Both the position numbers and the translations under genes were made by a program. Under the pieces are notes generated by a model. It ran no database searches. It was given only the letters and a program-made list of their open reading frames with translations, and was not told the DNA's origin. From sequence record DRR378314_69: 41,442 nt of DNA; one strand, given 5' to 3'. Positions 1 to 10,100 of the stretch are shown piece by piece (the stretch's first letter is position 1; the number at the start of each line of letters is the position of its first letter).

Positions 1-292
1 TTTGCAATCAATGCCTTGCCTAAATCGCTTCTAATTCCAACGACGCTCGCACCTGGAGGTGGCCTGAGTATATTATCAGGCAGCTAACTTAGACACTCGC
101 TGAATAAAACACTTTTAGATGCATTTTATAGTCCTACTGTAGCTAACTGGCAACACGCTAAGCGATTAGTTTAAAAGGTGTTTTTTATTTACACCCTTAC
201 CTTGTTGCAAAAAAGACACGCCACTGAGTATTTTTTTCTTACCTTACACTTCATGAAAAATTAACCACCTGATTTATAAGAAAAAATATTAT

Positions 293-308
293 TGGCACTA
301 TTCTTGTT
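293..308 (+). promoter_or_regulatory. Candidate sigma-54 promoter upstream of the EF-hand gene cluster
   Basis: TGGCAC-TATTC-TTGTT versus consensus TGGCAC-N5-TTGCW. The -24 element is perfect; the -12 element has GT instead of GC. An IHF-like site (AATCAGGTGGTTA on the minus strand, 262-274) lies just upstream. Confidence 0.4.
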
Positions 309-347
309 ATCACTATCAATTAAATACAACATGTATCATTAAAAAGG

Positions 348-581
348 ATGTTTATGAGCACTCGTGTAATCACACTATTTTGCCTAAGTGCAATACTAAG
401 CTTTAGTGCAACTGCTTTAGACAGCAAGGCCATCTTCGCCGAGCTAGATAAGGATGGTAATGGGATGCTAAGCGAAGGAGAGGCATATGAGGATGCCATG
501 CTTTATAAAAATTTTGAGCAAATAGATAAAGACCACAGTGGTCAAATTTCATATGCCGAATTTAAATTATTTATTCAGTAA
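348..581 (+). CDS. Small secreted EF-hand Ca-binding protein 1 (start may be ATG 354)
   Basis: Signal peptide ending SFSATA; two 12-residue EF loops, DKDGNGMLSEGE and DKDHSGQISYAE. The AAGGA Shine-Dalgarno overlaps ATG 348, which favours 354. Confidence 0.88.
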   Translation: MFMSTRVITLFCLSAILSFSATALDSKAIFAELDKDGNGMLSEGEAYEDAMLYKNFEQIDKDHSGQISYAEFKLFIQ

Positions 582-600
582 TCAATGTTAAGGAAACAAG

Positions 601-828
601 ATGAAACAATTAATAAGTGCATTTGCATTAATGTTTTTGGCCATTAGTGCGTCCGTTTTAGCCTCTCAACTCAATGTTAAATTTGCGCAATTTGACATTA
701 ATTCAGATGGCGAAATATCACGTTTAGAAGCTAAAAAGAGCGATAACCTGTTTAAACAATTTAGCGATCTTGACGAAAACGGTGACGAAATGCTTTCTGA
801 GCGCGAATTTGAACAACTAAAGCGTTAA
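601..828 (+). CDS. Small secreted EF-hand Ca-binding protein 2
   Basis: Signal peptide ending ASVLA; EF loops DINSDGEISRLE and DENGDEMLSERE; AAGGA RBS. Confidence 0.88.
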   Translation: MKQLISAFALMFLAISASVLASQLNVKFAQFDINSDGEISRLEAKKSDNLFKQFSDLDENGDEMLSEREFEQLKR

Positions 829-835
829 GCAAATT

Positions 836-910
836 AAAGTATTTGCCATAATCCCGGAGGGATTGTGTAAATGGATTTAATGTTGGGATTTAAATTATGG
901 CAAATACTTT
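836..910. repeat. Perfect 17-bp inverted repeat (long stem-loop) between EF-hand genes 2 and 3
   Basis: AAAGTATTTGCCATAAT (836-852) and ATTATGGCAAATACTTT (894-910) enclose a 41-nt loop. Confidence 0.85.
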
Positions 911-939
911 ATCTTTAACATTCATTAAAGGAATAAATA

Positions 940-1176
940 ATGAAAAACAAAGCACTTATTTGTGGATTAATGATCAGTGTTAGCTTTGGTGCATCGGCAC
1001 TCGATGTAAAGCAGCGCTTTGACCACTTAGATAAGGACAAAGATGGATTTTTAATAAAATCGGAACTTGATCCTCAACCGCAGTTACTTAATGATTACCA
1101 GCGCTGGGATAAAGACAGAGACAACCGTATATCCTTACTTGAATTTAAACACTATTTAACGAATAGCTTGTATTAA
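940..1176 (+). CDS. Small secreted EF-hand Ca-binding protein 3
   Basis: Signal peptide ending FGASA; EF loops DKDKDGFLIKSE and DKDRDNRISLLE; AAGGA RBS. Confidence 0.88.
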   Translation: MKNKALICGLMISVSFGASALDVKQRFDHLDKDKDGFLIKSELDPQPQLLNDYQRWDKDRDNRISLLEFKHYLTNSLY

Positions 1177-1179
1177 AAT

Positions 1180-1416
1180 ATGAACAAACAAAATATCATC
1201 GTATTGCCCCTGCTATTACTGACTAGCCTCAGTGGTTTTGCTATTACCAATACACAGGCAGATACGTTCAAAGCATTGGACAAAAATGAAGATGGCCTAT
1301 TAACACGTGCAGAAACAGCGAGAGATCCTGCGCTTTGGTCGCGCTTTAATAGCTATGATACCGACAAAGACAGTCGTTTATCTCTTGCAGAGTTCAGCGT
1401 ATATGCCAATAAATGA
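1180..1416 (+). CDS. Small secreted EF-hand Ca-binding protein 4
   Basis: Signal peptide ending LSGFA; EF loops DKNEDGLLTRAE and DTDKDSRLSLAE; starts 3 nt after gene 3. Confidence 0.88.
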   Translation: MNKQNIIVLPLLLLTSLSGFAITNTQADTFKALDKNEDGLLTRAETARDPALWSRFNSYDTDKDSRLSLAEFSVYANK

Positions 1417-1556
1417 GCACATTTAAAGTTTTGCATATGTAATGGTGCTTTACTAATTAATACATAAGCATATGCTTTTATAAGGAATCTTAAAAGTAAC
1501 ACAAATATTTTGCAGCACAGAGATTCTCTGTTAATGTTTATAAAAACAACAATTAG

Positions 1557-3233
1557 ATGACTCTCACAATGAAAAACTTGCTCGCATTATCCCTCTTTCT
1601 TCCTTTAATAGCAGTTGCTAATACAAAGGTTATTTACAATGCAAATGGTTACACCCCAACCTACAAAGGCGAGCTGACACAATTTTCAACCCTTGTGATA
1701 AAAGATGGTAAAGTGGTTAAGGTGGGTTCTGATGAGCTAAAAAACAGCTTTCCTGATGCTCAAAAACTCGATGCAAAGCAAAGAACACTTTTACCAGGGC
1801 TGATAGATGCCCATGGCCATGTTATTGGTTTAGGTCAAAACTTATCTCAACTGGATTTACGCGGCAGTGAATCTGTAAAAAGTGTTCAAGCCAAGTTAGC
1901 TGATTTTGCGAAAGGCAAATCGGGCTGGATAATTGGCCGAGGTTGGAACCAAGAGCTTTGGCCTTCGAAGCAGTTTCCAACCGCTGCTGACTTAGATAAA
2001 ATTATAAAAGATATACCAGTTGTACTTTCTCGCGTTGACGGTCATGCAATTTGGGTTAATAGTAAAGCAATGGCTTTGGCAAATATAACCGCATCAACTA
2101 AAGCCCCTACTGGTGGAGAAATTATTCGCACCCCAAGTGGCGCACCCAGTGGTATTTTTATAGATAAAGCAGAGGGATTAATTACTCACTTTATTCCTTC
2201 ACCTTCTGAGGCTGATATCAATCAAGCGCTCGATAAAGCAGGTAACCACCTATTAAGCCTCGGCATAACTTCCACTCACGATGCAGGTATCGATAAACAA
2301 ACATGGCAAACCTATAAACAGCGCGCTGAACAAGAAACGTTACCTTTGCGGATTGTTGCGATGCTTAGCGCGACGGATCCATCACTTGAAACAATGCTCA
2401 AGGCTGGTCGTTTTAAGGATATTAATGATTATATGTCTATTCGCAGCGTTAAAATTTACGCTGATGGCGCATTGGGTAGCCGAGGTGCCGCGTTAATTGA
2501 GGATTATGCTGACAGAAAAAATCACAAAGGTTTAATGTTAGAAACTCAGCAAAAATTAGAGGCATTATTTACCTTGAGCTTTTCTAACGGGTTTAGCGCT
2601 AATACACATGCAATCGGTGATCAAGCAAACAAAACGGTGCTTAATGCTTATGAAAACGTATTTAAACAAACCGGTGGGATTTTACTTCGCAACAGAATTG
2701 AGCACGCACAAATCGTTGCCCCGAATGATATTCCTCGATTTAAAGCACTAAAAATTATTCCGTCAATGCAGCCCGTCCATGCGACTTCTGATATGCATAT
2801 GGCAGAGCAACGTTTAACGCCAGAGCAACTCACTGGCGCTTATGCTTGGCAAACTTTCTTAAATCAAGGCTCTGTTGTTGCCGCCGGTTCCGATTTTCCT
2901 GTAGAGCTGGCCAACCCTTTTCATGGTTTGTTCTCAGCAATTACAAGAATGGATCATCAACTACTTCCCAAAAATGGCTGGCGAGCAGATGAAGCGTTAA
3001 GCCGAGAAGACGCATTGCGAGCTTTTACTCTTGGAGGAGCATACGCTGCGCATCAAGAGTTTAAACTAGGCAGCTTAGAACAAGGAAAGTGGGCAGACTT
3101 TATTTTAGTTGATAAAGATTATTTCAAAGTACCAGTAGAAGACATTTATAACATTAACGTTGAACAAACTTGGATAGCAGGTGAACTAAAATACCAAAAG
3201 ACAAATGTTAATAGAGTGGATACTGCAGAGTAA
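1557..3233 (+). CDS. Secreted metal-dependent amidohydrolase (YtcJ-like, Amidohydro_3)
   Basis: Motifs PGLIDAHGH, KIYADGALGSRGA, HAIGD, RIEHAQ, AGSDFP and GKWADF; N-terminal signal peptide (start could be the second Met, 1569). Confidence 0.9.
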   Translation: MTLTMKNLLALSLFLPLIAVANTKVIYNANGYTPTYKGELTQFSTLVIKDGKVVKVGSDELKNSFPDAQKLDAKQRTLLPGLIDAHGHVIGLGQNLSQLDLRGSESVKSVQAKLADFAKGKSGWIIGRGWNQELWPSKQFPTAADLDKIIKDIPVVLSRVDGHAIWVNSKAMALANITASTKAPTGGEIIRTPSGAPSGIFIDKAEGLITHFIPSPSEADINQALDKAGNHLLSLGITSTHDAGIDKQTWQTYKQRAEQETLPLRIVAMLSATDPSLETMLKAGRFKDINDYMSIRSVKIYADGALGSRGAALIEDYADRKNHKGLMLETQQKLEALFTLSFSNGFSANTHAIGDQANKTVLNAYENVFKQTGGILLRNRIEHAQIVAPNDIPRFKALKIIPSMQPVHATSDMHMAEQRLTPEQLTGAYAWQTFLNQGSVVAAGSDFPVELANPFHGLFSAITRMDHQLLPKNGWRADEALSREDALRAFTLGGAYAAHQEFKLGSLEQGKWADFILVDKDYFKVPVEDIYNINVEQTWIAGELKYQKTNVNRVDTAE

Positions 3234-3235
3234 TA

Positions 3236-3466
3236 TTATTCTGCAGTTTTTGACTTTTTACGCTCAAGTTTAATTAAGTGATATAAGTTAACAAAGGTCA
3301 GTAACCCATTTGTTATTGCGACTGGCCATGCACTTATTGCAACACCATAGAGTGTAAATGCTATACACCCAGCAAAATTTAACCAGCGCAGTTTGACTAC
3401 ATCGCTCATCGTTAAAGAAGCAACAAGTAAAGCAGAAGCTATATAACCTAAATATTCCCAACTCAT
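3236..3466 (-). CDS. Small three-TM inner-membrane protein, YgjV-like
   Basis: 76 aa with three hydrophobic segments; pattern LGYIAS...KLRWLNFAGC..F..YG...AWPV...N. Confidence 0.7.
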   Translation of the reverse strand: MSWEYLGYIASALLVASLTMSDVVKLRWLNFAGCIAFTLYGVAISAWPVAITNGLLTFVNLYHLIKLERKKSKTAE

Positions 3467-3716
3467 TTGTTTTCCTAACTATTAAGATTAACACTATGGG
3501 TATTGCGATTTAGGTGCAATAGCGACACAATGTAGTACTGTATAAAAAACTAACTTACTTAAAACCTAAAGTAAGCTAAATGCATACTTTTAAATAATCG
3601 TTACACGGGATATAAAGGTGTCAAACTTGTATAAGTGCTGAGGCGCTTAAGCAAGCTAGTAAGTTAGTGTAAATTCTTAGAGTTTTAATGCTATCGCCAT
3701 TAAGATGTAATAAATA

Positions 3717-3728
3717 GGACAATTGTCC
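3717..3728. promoter_or_regulatory. Palindrome GGACAATTGTCC, candidate operator of the adjacent Crp/Fnr regulator
   Basis: Perfect 12-bp palindrome 11 nt upstream of the regulator ORF. Confidence 0.45.
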
Positions 3729-3739
3729 GAAGAGCATAT

Positions 3740-4399
3740 TTGATGTTTCAATATCATTTTTCGAGTTATCTAGTTGAGCAACTTCTCACATTTGCTGGTA
3801 GTCGATACCAGCAATCAAAAAAAGAAGTACTAATTCACCAAGATCAGCCTTTAACAAAGCTTGTGTTAGTACGTAGTGGCACGGTGTCATTTAGCTATGA
3901 TGTGGGTAACGGCAGACGTCTGTTGCTAGGACAGCTTGATTGTAATAATACACTAATTGGCGAAATTGAAGCTCTAAACAATAACCCGTGTATTTATACT
4001 GTCACTTGTTTTAGTGACGTAAGTTATAACTTAATCGAATTGAGACATTGGCGAGCTTTATTATTGGACAAGCCCGAGTTGAGCTTATATACAGCACAAA
4101 CTATTGCTGCAAAATTTCAAGAAAATCAAAAAATAAACTTGGATAAGCTATTACTTCCTCTTGGTTACAACATCGCTAAAGACTGTTTATTAAGAGCAGA
4201 AAATAATAACCCAACGTTACTGCGTGCTTACCCAACAGTCAACGCCGAAGCGGAGCGGTTTGCAACAACCGAGAGAGCCTATCGTCGTGTCGTATCAGAG
4301 CTTGTAGAGAAAGGCTTAGTAGAAAGGTCTAACAATGGTTTGAAGGCCGTTAACCTTGATAAGCTCAGTGATTACGTGGATAGCTTTTCACAAATCTAA
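3740..4399 (+). CDS. Crp/Fnr family transcriptional regulator (start may be ATG 3743)
   Basis: cNMP-binding-type domain (LVRSGTV...LIGEIE) plus a C-terminal winged HTH (AERFATTERAYRRVVSELVEKGLV). Confidence 0.85.
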   Translation: MMFQYHFSSYLVEQLLTFAGSRYQQSKKEVLIHQDQPLTKLVLVRSGTVSFSYDVGNGRRLLLGQLDCNNTLIGEIEALNNNPCIYTVTCFSDVSYNLIELRHWRALLLDKPELSLYTAQTIAAKFQENQKINLDKLLLPLGYNIAKDCLLRAENNNPTLLRAYPTVNAEAERFATTERAYRRVVSELVEKGLVERSNNGLKAVNLDKLSDYVDSFSQI

Positions 4400-4436
4400 T
4401 AATAAAAAAGGCCTGTTAAAGGCCTTTTTTATTATT
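4397..4436. terminator. Bidirectional Rho-independent terminator
   Basis: AATAATAAAAAAGGCCT-GTTAA-AGGCCTTTTTTATTATT between convergent genes. Confidence 0.85.
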
Positions 4437-4450
4437 TAGTAATGCTTAAT

Positions 4451-5017
4451 TTACTTTTCTAGCAATAAATCATGTATTTTTGCAAGGTCAGTTTTACCTT
4501 CTATGATCTCATCAGGCGTTAACCCTGAAAGTTCATGCGGAAACACGAGCCACTCTTCAGATTCATGAATGTAATAATCTGGTTTCATATCAACTTTTGA
4601 GTTTTTCGGCTTGTAGTATGGGCATGCTACCCGAATATCTTTTGGTAAATTTAAACGCATTAACTCTGAAAGTTTTTCTTTTAATGCAAAAATACTGCGG
4701 CCAGAGTCAAAAACATCATCAACAATTAATAACGAATCACCAGCGTTGGCGTTTTCAATAATGTAATGTAAACCGTGAACTTTGATCTCTTTTGATTGCT
4801 GATTAATACCGTAATACGAAGACGTACGTACTGCGATATGATCAGTTTCTATGCCCTTATAGTCATAATATTCTTGCACAGCTATACCAATTGGTGCACC
4901 ACCGCGCCAAATACCAATAATAAAATCAGGACGAAAGCCGTCTTGGTAAACTTGTGCGGCAACGCGAAAAGAATCTTCAAGCAATTGCTGCGCCGTGATG
5001 TAAGTCTTATCAGACAT
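4451..5017 (-). CDS. Type I phosphoribosyltransferase (purine PRTase / gpt-like)
   Basis: IGIWRGG motif, PRPP-binding motif LLIVDDVFDSGRS, C-terminal WLVFPHE. Confidence 0.88.
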   Translation of the reverse strand: MSDKTYITAQQLLEDSFRVAAQVYQDGFRPDFIIGIWRGGAPIGIAVQEYYDYKGIETDHIAVRTSSYYGINQQSKEIKVHGLHYIIENANAGDSLLIVDDVFDSGRSIFALKEKLSELMRLNLPKDIRVACPYYKPKNSKVDMKPDYYIHESEEWLVFPHELSGLTPDEIIEGKTDLAKIHDLLLEK

Positions 5018-5198
5018 AATAGAAACCCCAGTGTAAGTAGTTCAATCAAGTGTAGTCTAAGCAAGACAAAGTTAACCACCTGAAAAGCTGTGGGGCGAGA
5101 TTTTAGCGTAAATTAGGATAAAAAGCTTGTTTGCGGGGAATTTTTAATGGTTTGCAGCTAAAAACGAATCTAAACGTACAGCACAATGAGCCCTTTAT

Positions 5199-5230
5199 AA
5201 AAATAGCACCTTATTTTCACAAGGTGCTAT
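5199..5230 (-). terminator. Terminator of pepB
   Basis: ATAGCACCTT-ATTTTCAC-AAGGTGCTAT hairpin followed by a U-tract on the minus strand. Confidence 0.7.
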
Positions 5231-5269
5231 ATTTATCTAGAGTGCTTATCTAGCCGCTTATAGACTAAA

Positions 5270-6565
5270 TTATGCTTTTTCAAGTAATGTACGTGCAACG
5301 GTACGCATACCAACGGTGGTTGCGCCAGCAGCCCATTGGCCAGTGCTACCCATATTAAACGCAGCCGCTAAGTCAATGTGCACCCAGCCTTTACCATCGT
5401 TTGGTACAAAACGCGATAAGAAACCTGCGGCATTTGATGCACCGCCATAACCGCCCCCTTTTTGCGCACGGCTGTTTGCGGTATCAGCATAAGGCGATGG
5501 GCAGTTTTGTTGGTGCCACTTTTCAAGAGGTAATGGCCAACCAGCTTCCATTTCTTGCTCTGCAAAGCCTTCAACTTCACGTACAAACTCTTTATCAAGA
5601 CCAAATAAGGCATTGTACTCTTGACCAACGGCAACCAGTGCAGCGCCTGTTAGAGTTGCAGCATTGATAATAAGCGGTGCACCTGTTTCACCTGCAGCCA
5701 TAAGACCATCGGCAAGCACTAAACGCCCTTCAGCATCGGTATTTACAATTTCAACTGTTGTGCCATTTTTATAAGTCAAAATGTCACCTAGCTTGTAAGC
5801 ATGGCCCGAAATCATGTTCTCTGCGCAGCATAAAAATAACTTGATACGTTTGTTGATACCGCGGCTAATAGCCAAGGCAAGACCTGCAGTAACCGTGGCT
5901 GCACCGCCCATATCGCACTTCATGCCCAGCATGCCTTCACTTGACTTAATTGAGTAACCACCTGAGTCAAACGTGATCCCCTTCCCCACTAATGCCGAAT
6001 CAACAGGTGCATTGTCGTCCCCAGTTGGGTTGTAATCTAATGCTAGTAATACTGGCGGGCGCTCACTGCCACGACCAACAGCATGAATACCAATCCATTG
6101 CTGCTCAAGTAACGCATCGCCTTTAATAATCTGGTAGCTGACATGCTCTGGCGCAAGTGATTGAATAAACTCAGCCGCTTTACCTGCAAGGCTTTCAGGG
6201 AAAATATCATCTGCTGTGCCGTTGATCATTTCACGCGCCCATGTGGCAGAGCGTAATAATGAATTTAGCTCTTGGCTGTCCGTTTTTGCATTTTGTGCAA
6301 ACTCAACGCCTGCTAACGTTTTCGGAGAAACAAAGCCTTGGTAAAACGCCCATTGTGTTTCAGTACACCAGCAGTCGCCAGCTAAAACTACATTTTTAAC
6401 ACCTTGATTGGCAATCGTACGCGCCGCTTTTTGCACGTTTTTTAAAGTCTCTTGCTCGGCTAGGTGAACTGTTGCACCGTGCTCATTAAATGAAAGTGTG
6501 GCGTTTTCGCCCCAATGAGATGCAGCCGCTTGTTCGCTTAATTGAACAACAAATTTTTCAGACAT
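5270..6565 (-). CDS. pepB: Aminopeptidase B (M17 leucyl aminopeptidase family)
   Basis: VGKGITFDSGG, MKCDMGGAA and NTDAEGRL motifs; PepB-type N-terminus (HWGENATLSF). Confidence 0.93.
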   Translation of the reverse strand: MSEKFVVQLSEQAAASHWGENATLSFNEHGATVHLAEQETLKNVQKAARTIANQGVKNVVLAGDCWCTETQWAFYQGFVSPKTLAGVEFAQNAKTDSQELNSLLRSATWAREMINGTADDIFPESLAGKAAEFIQSLAPEHVSYQIIKGDALLEQQWIGIHAVGRGSERPPVLLALDYNPTGDDNAPVDSALVGKGITFDSGGYSIKSSEGMLGMKCDMGGAATVTAGLALAISRGINKRIKLFLCCAENMISGHAYKLGDILTYKNGTTVEIVNTDAEGRLVLADGLMAAGETGAPLIINAATLTGAALVAVGQEYNALFGLDKEFVREVEGFAEQEMEAGWPLPLEKWHQQNCPSPYADTANSRAQKGGGYGGASNAAGFLSRFVPNDGKGWVHIDLAAAFNMGSTGQWAAGATTVGMRTVARTLLEKA

Positions 6566-6645
6566 GTTAGAATACTCTTTGCGCTAATTAGTGGCATTGA
6601 GTCTACTATAGCTGGCACAACTTCCCAACCGATTGAGACCAAATA

Positions 6646-7365
6646 ATGAAATTTGCTAAGCCATTACAACCAGCCACATTAATCAAACGCTACAAACGAT
6701 TTTTAGCCGACTTACGCTTAGCCAATGGCACTGAGTTTACTGCGCATTGCGCTAACACCGGTAAAATGACAGGCTGCGCAGAGCCTGATTTCAATGCATT
6801 TTACTCAACCAGTGATAATACAAAACGTAAATACCCACATTCTTTAGAACTCACTCAAAACCAATTTCAACACCTCATATGTGTTAATACAGCAATGGCA
6901 AATAAAGTAGTCGAAGAGTCTATTCAAGCAAATTTTATTAGTGAGCTTAGCGGTTACCAGCAATTACAAAGCGAAGTAAAATATGGCCAAGAAAACAGCC
7001 GTATCGACTTTTTACTTAGCGACCCTAATCGCCCAAATTGTTATGTTGAAGTAAAATCAGTCACGTTATTAAGCCAAGATGCGCCAGAGACAGGCCAAGG
7101 CTATTTTCCTGATGCGCAAACATTACGCGGGCAAAAACATATTCGCGAATTAATAGAAATGGTTGAACAAGGCCATCGTGCAGTATTATTGTTTGCAGTT
7201 TTACATGAGGGCATAACCCAAGTGAGTGCAGCAAAACATATCGATGAAAAGTACGCACAGTTATTAACAGAGGCGATTGCTAAAGGTGTTGAGGTATTGG
7301 CTTACAAAGCGAAAATTTCGGCCAGAGAAGTTACTCTAGCCGAAAGAGTGACATTTATTCCTTAG
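6646..7365 (+). CDS. sfsA: DNA/RNA nuclease SfsA (sugar fermentation stimulation protein)
   Basis: [34 protein letters not shown] and [12 protein letters not shown] motifs. Confidence 0.96.
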   Translation: MKFAKPLQPATLIKRYKRFLADLRLANGTEFTAHCANTGKMTGCAEPDFNAFYSTSDNTKRKYPHSLELTQNQFQHLICVNTAMANKVVEESIQANFISELSGYQQLQSEVKYGQENSRIDFLLSDPNRPNCYVEVKSVTLLSQDAPETGQGYFPDAQTLRGQKHIRELIEMVEQGHRAVLLFAVLHEGITQVSAAKHIDEKYAQLLTEAIAKGVEVLAYKAKISAREVTLAERVTFIP

Positions 7366-9901
7366 TTAGTGAAACATCCATTTCAGCAATCAAATTAAGG
7401 TTAATATCTTCGTCTTTAAATAATAATGGTCTGAGTGTGGCATTTTCAGAGTAAAAACGTGATTGATCATCAAAATGATCCGACGTTGAGTCTGAGCTTT
7501 GCGACATCGTTAGTAGTCCTTTGGCAACCGGACCATCGTCGGTGAAGTTCATCACAAACATCCAACTAGAACCATAATTGACCGGATAACCTGCACTACT
7601 TAGGTTTGAGCGTAGTGGTTGACCCGTAATAGCATCATTTAATGCTTGATGATCAATATAAGGGATCAAAGTTGAACGAGTTGTGCCGCTACGATCGAAT
7701 CGAAACACATTGAATCCACCTTCAACATGCATAGGGCCGCTCCACGGTAGTTTTTCCCCTGAGGCATCACCCCCTGCAAGCGTTTTCTCTACAAATTGCA
7801 TTTGTGCAAGGGTTGCATCAAGTGCGACCCCATTACTTTGCAATGTAGCCACAGCATGTGCCAAGGTAACCAAGGCAGAGCCGTCAAGGCGTAGGGTATT
7901 AGGTGTATTCGCAGGGTTTGTGACATCAAAATTATCTGCAAGCAACGTATTTGCATCAAATAAATGGGCAAACTCACGGATTAGGGCTGCACCTTTAGTC
8001 TCTAGATTCATTGCGCCATTCCACTGCGCTAACACACTGCACGCTTGCGTTAAGTCGATACTATCACCATTACTTAACATGACTGGTGTGTCACCTTGCG
8101 CTTGGCACTGAGCAACCAGCTGTTCAAACACCAGTTCACCAAGGTAAATACGATCGCCAACAAGCGCTGTTTCAAGCTCATCAAGGGTGAATAAACCATC
8201 TTCACCACCGCCATCTTTTAATAGCTGTAGGCCCATTCGGGTTCGTAATGAAAGCGGTTTGTGTACATCACCATATTGTGCGGCAAAACCGAGTAATGGT
8301 TGCTCTGGATTGGTTACCCAATAACTATCGTTAGAATTTTGCACATAGTCGGTACGGTTTAACTGCGGCGCTTTTTCAAAAGGTACATTGCCATCAGCTT
8401 CAAACAATTTTAAATTACCGGGTACTAAATCAAACCCGGTCGATTCGCGCAGTGCAACGAGTTCAGGCTGAATACGAATCGCCATATTAGCGGTATCACC
8501 CACATTAAGCACTGTACTGTCATCTACGAAGAATACATTACCGTCTTTATCCGTTGCCATTGTATTGTTAAACGACACGCCATCAAACTGCGCAAACGAG
8601 GCTTTCATATCATCTAAGCTACGCGCTTGGTTTAATGCTGACCACTGAGCAACTACGTCCATGTTGAACTCGTTGGCATCTTTAATAGTAAACGCTTGGC
8701 TATCATCCCAACCTAAGCCGTTTGCAGCCGGTGTTTCAATCATCAAGCCGTGATGACTGTAATAAAAGTCTTTTTCCAGCTCGATTGTCATACCCGGTGC
8801 GACCGCGACTTCAACCGAGATTTTTTTGCTGGTTATCGCATATTGATCATCTTCAACGCTATAACTCATTCGGTCGTTTTCATTTAGCGCTAATTGATAG
8901 ATTAAAAAATGCCGTGCTGTTGAAAATGTGTGCGTCCAGGCAACATGTTCATTAAAGCCAATATTGATTACCCCTGGCATCCCTTGCAAACTGCCGCCCA
9001 TCACATTCATAGCACCAGGAATGGTTAAGTGTGACTGCCAAAACCGTAGATTACCTTCGTGAGGAAAGTGCGGATTCGCTAATAAGCCCCCTTTGCCATT
9101 GGCCATTTTATCTTTACCCACACCCCAACCATTCGAACCTAAGTGTTGAAATTTTTTCTCTAGTTTAAAGCTTTTAGCTTGTTGATTTATATTTTTAACA
9201 ACACTTGAAACTGCACTAGGTTCTGATGCTTTTGGGGTCGGTAAATATTCACCGCCGTCACCTGGATTGGCTAAAAATGCAAGATCTAAAAAGTTAGCTG
9301 AGCTTGCAAGCTGCACTGTTGCCATGGCGTATGCCAACATATCTTCTGGGGTTAATTCAAACACCCAAGGTTGGGAAGCGCACTCTGGGGCTAAGTTATC
9401 AGTGCCAGTATCGCTTACATATTTATTAAAACCTTGCACAAAGCCTTCATAATGCGCGCGGCTATCGTCGTTAAGCTCGTTATAATGCTCATTTGCATAG
9501 GCATTAACCCCAAGGGCTTTATAGCCAAAGTCAGAAATTAAATGCGCAGAATCACCACTGCCAGGGACTTTGTCAGGGCCAAAATACTTAGCTCGCTCGC
9601 CACGCGTTTTTACAATTTGATCCAGTAATAAACAACTATGATCTTTGGCATAGGCATAGCCACTACCAAACGCTAAGCTTTCTAAGTTATCAGCCTTAAT
9701 GTGTGGCACCCCAAAGGTCGTCCAGCGAATATTTGCATCGAGCTTATTATCGTCATCAAATGCTGTAATTACAGGTGCGGGTTCTGGGTTTGGCTCAACG
9801 ACTATAGGTGGCGGCTCAACAGTATTTTTGTCATCATCTGAGCCGCATGCGGTTAATAATAAGGCTGCAGCAATACTAATAGAGAGTGTGTGAAGTTTCA
9901 T
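7355..9901 (-). CDS. Lipoprotein Ntn-hydrolase acylase (penicillin acylase / PvdQ / AHL-acylase family, peptidase S45)
   Basis: Lipobox [24 protein letters not shown], catalytic [25 protein letters not shown] and QNSNDS motifs. Confidence 0.92.
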   Translation of the reverse strand: MKLHTLSISIAAALLLTACGSDDDKNTVEPPPIVVEPNPEPAPVITAFDDDNKLDANIRWTTFGVPHIKADNLESLAFGSGYAYAKDHSCLLLDQIVKTRGERAKYFGPDKVPGSGDSAHLISDFGYKALGVNAYANEHYNELNDDSRAHYEGFVQGFNKYVSDTGTDNLAPECASQPWVFELTPEDMLAYAMATVQLASSANFLDLAFLANPGDGGEYLPTPKASEPSAVSSVVKNINQQAKSFKLEKKFQHLGSNGWGVGKDKMANGKGGLLANPHFPHEGNLRFWQSHLTIPGAMNVMGGSLQGMPGVINIGFNEHVAWTHTFSTARHFLIYQLALNENDRMSYSVEDDQYAITSKKISVEVAVAPGMTIELEKDFYYSHHGLMIETPAANGLGWDDSQAFTIKDANEFNMDVVAQWSALNQARSLDDMKASFAQFDGVSFNNTMATDKDGNVFFVDDSTVLNVGDTANMAIRIQPELVALRESTGFDLVPGNLKLFEADGNVPFEKAPQLNRTDYVQNSNDSYWVTNPEQPLLGFAAQYGDVHKPLSLRTRMGLQLLKDGGGEDGLFTLDELETALVGDRIYLGELVFEQLVAQCQAQGDTPVMLSNGDSIDLTQACSVLAQWNGAMNLETKGAALIREFAHLFDANTLLADNFDVTNPANTPNTLRLDGSALVTLAHAVATLQSNGVALDATLAQMQFVEKTLAGGDASGEKLPWSGPMHVEGGFNVFRFDRSGTTRSTLIPYIDHQALNDAITGQPLRSNLSSAGYPVNYGSSWMFVMNFTDDGPVAKGLLTMSQSSDSTSDHFDDQSRFYSENATLRPLLFKDEDINLNLIAEMDVSLTKE

Positions 9902-10020
9902 TGTGGTTCCTTGTTGGTTAATCTGAATGCATAGACAATAAGCTGAAGCTATTACCCTTAATTCTGATTACTTTTTGTTTTTATCCAATGGATACCATGC
10001 CTTATAAAATTGTCTAAATC

Positions 10021-10057
10021 TTGACTCCTCACGCAAAAAATTGACTTTACGCGCCAA
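10021..10057. promoter_or_regulatory. Tandem direct repeats, candidate AraC-family binding sites for the acylase promoter
   Basis: TTGACTCCTCACGCAAA (10021) and TTGACTTTACGCGCCAA (10041), 20-bp period, between the divergent acylase and AraC genes. Confidence 0.5.
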
Positions 10058-10100
10058 CTAATGCAGCTTGATGTTATCTATTTATTAAAAAGTAACTAAA

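Noticed and set aside
1-87. Open frame from the window edge (FAINALPKSLLIPTTLAPGGGLSILSGS*)
   Set aside because: May be the 3' end of an upstream gene, but it is too short to identify or support.
7683-8111. 142-aa ORF antisense to the acylase, and similar shadow ORFs (e.g. 10496-10825, 11406-11726, 27666-28097, 28278-28538)
   Set aside because: They lie wholly within well-supported genes on the other strand or frame, have Ser/Pro/Ala/Thr-rich antisense-type composition, and show no recognisable motifs.
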